Source: Cenococcum geophilum (lineage: Eukaryota). From it: 64,000 nt of DNA. The notes beneath the pieces were generated by a model, which was given only the letters and a program-made list of their open reading frames with translations, was not told the DNA's origin and made no database searches. The stretch lies in NCBI GenBank assembly GCA_050273025.1, contig CP158636.1, positions 6,820,001 to 6,884,000 on the forward strand, given 5' to 3'. Of this stretch, positions 61,970 to 64,000 are shown piece after piece (position 1 is the stretch's first letter; each line of letters begins with the position of its first letter). The translations under genes were made by a program, and so were the position numbers.

Positions 61970-64000
61970 TATAATGAAGTCTTATAGCGGAAACTACGGT
62001 AGACTTATTAATAGGCTAAGTATATAGGTAAACAAGAACTTAACAACGTAATAATAACTAGTAGAGTGGTTGCCTAATAGATTAACTCTAATTATATTCT
62101 AAGATTTACTATAAAAAGAGAAGAACTATCTAGGTAAAAACTGTGGTCCTTTAAATACACAACTATACTCTTAGGAAATTCTCCTTATACATGAAGTACG
62201 TCTTATCTATAAGGTATATAAGTTCCTCCCGTTCCTCTTATTTAATATATAGTATAGTATATAACCTTAGTTACTATTCCTTATTATATAGTTCTACCGG
62301 CTCTATTTTAGACTATGCCTTAATTAACTAACTAGCTGCTTCCGACTCCTCTCCTAGTAGTTATAATATTATACTTAAAGCGTCCGTAACACTATTTCCC
62401 TCCTCTTTATCTTCGCCCTTAAAGACTCTTAATATCTCTAAGTTGCTTATTAGAGGTATAATATCCGTCTAATTAACTTAGTTAATATTATTACTTATTA
62501 TACCTAAAGCTTCTTCTTCTTTACACGCCTAACGTCGTGCTCGTACTACTGCTGCAATATTATTACTTAGTAAAATTATGCCGTCTTTATATTCTCGTTA
62601 TGCGAAAGAGGGGTTAGTCTATATTATATTGGCGAGTCCATCCTCCTAATAACTATTCTCTTACTTAGAGTGCACTAAAGCGAATATTTATTCCTCCTAT
62701 AATATTTGCTTTACTTCTAATACTAAATATATGCGTTTTATTATCCTTAATAGTTATCTAGTTCCCTAATTAATTTGTCTTAGGGTTTTATATTTAATCT
62801 ACTGCTACTTATCTTAATAGCAAGTTATCTTAAGCTCTTACTAAGTTAAAATGTTCTTATAATGCGGAATAAAAGGCCCTAAATGCTTATATCGCGGCAT
62901 TTACTTAGTTACTCTATCTTAAGAAGGTTTATAAGAAGGTTTATTTTAAAAAGTAGAAACTTATAGAATAAGGTTTATAGAAACTTAGTAACGAAAGAAC
63001 GGATTATTTTTTAGCCAAGAAGGAAATAGATCTAAGTAGTTCGGCAACTGCTCTTCTTAGGTCCCCCTTAGGTGACTTATTCTTTAATAATCTTTTTTTA
63101 TTAATACTACCTAACCTAATCTCTTTTAATACTCCTATACCTTTCTTATAGCGTTTTTTTTAGATTCTCTAGTAGCTCCTAGGTAGTCTTATTATAGCCT
63201 ATCTACTTAACCTTATACTATATTTTATTATTAATGTCCTTATAACTAATAATCTTTAAAACTTACTATTTATCTTCTTTTTATCCTCTATATATATCTA
63301 CTTTATAAACCGGTGGCTTAATATTCCTATATACTGGCTCTAGCATTATAATATACTATATAGGGTAGATCTTTATCTTAACTAGTAGGTTTAACTTAAA
63401 TATAACTAGTAAAATCCTTTATATAATTTTAAAAGGTCCTAGCCTAATATAGTTTAACTTCTTACTTAATTGTTAACTCTTAAAATTTTTATATAGTAGC
63501 CACACTTTATCTCCCTCTTTAAGATCTGGTCCCTTAGATCTTTTAGCATTATAGTACTTTTTTATTCTTTCTTATACCTTTTTTGCTAATTCTATAAAGT
63601 CTGCATAAAGATTTATTAGTATCTTTATTCTTTCTTTAGCTATACTACTTATTTTCTTTACTTATTATAGTAATAACAATATTCTTAGCTTATATCCGTA
63701 ATTTGCCTTAAATGGTAATATACCTATTCCTTTTTATAGTGTTATATTGTATATAACCTATATAATTAGTAATAGCAATACCTAATTATTTTATACGTGG
63801 TTAATATAGTGTCTTAAATACTATTCTAGCGTCTAATTTAATCTTTCTATTTAACCGTCTGTCTGCGGGTAATATATAGTAAAAGTTACTGCTCTAACTC
63901 CCTACTCTACTAAGAATACCTCTTAAAATACTACTATAAATCTTAAATCCCTATCCAATATAATTTTACTTAGTGCTCTATATCTCGCGAACACTTCTTT
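61970..64000 (-). mobile_element. Gypsy family A copy 2, 3' end (continues beyond the window)
   Basis: 3' LTR 61970-62391, minus-strand PPT agaggagggaaatag. 62537-64000 aligns with 43812-~45275. Confidence 0.92.

Noticed and set aside
1..64000. Alternative genetic code or organellar origin to explain frequent TAA/TAG
   Set aside because: The stops map to CAA/CAG/TGG positions in conserved motifs, and spliceosomal introns are present. Both fit RIP in nuclear DNA.

Overview
AT/TpA-rich DNA from a filamentous ascomycete, pervasively mutated by repeat-induced point mutation (RIP; CpA>TpA and TpG>TpA turn CAG/CAA/TGG codons into stops). I found no intact gene, but genes can be read after mentally reverting RIP. 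The left ~43.8 kb looks like a RIP-killed Starship giant transposon read right to left. It has a multi-exon DUF3435 tyrosine-recombinase captain (~41.2-38.0 kb, minus strand) next to a DUF3723 relic. Its cargo includes a patatin-NB-ARC-TPR NLR, a Ca2+/H+ exchanger, a FunK1 kinase, a zinc-finger patatin phospholipase, two ankyrin genes, a kinase-like gene and hypothetical genes. The NLR has an inverted, partial copy of its own TPR C-terminus and 3' flank sitting upstream, split by a later Pogo/Fot1 insertion. Tandem arrays cluster near the captain. The right ~20 kb is a nest of elements: a Gypsy lacking its 3' LTR, a Crypton tyrosine-recombinase gene split by a full-length Gypsy that itself carries a 2.45-kb non-autonomous LTR element, and a second copy of the first Gypsy family running off the window. 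Pseudogene coordinates are approximate, protein motifs quoted are my manual RIP-reverted readings, and family assignments come from motif recognition, not database searches.
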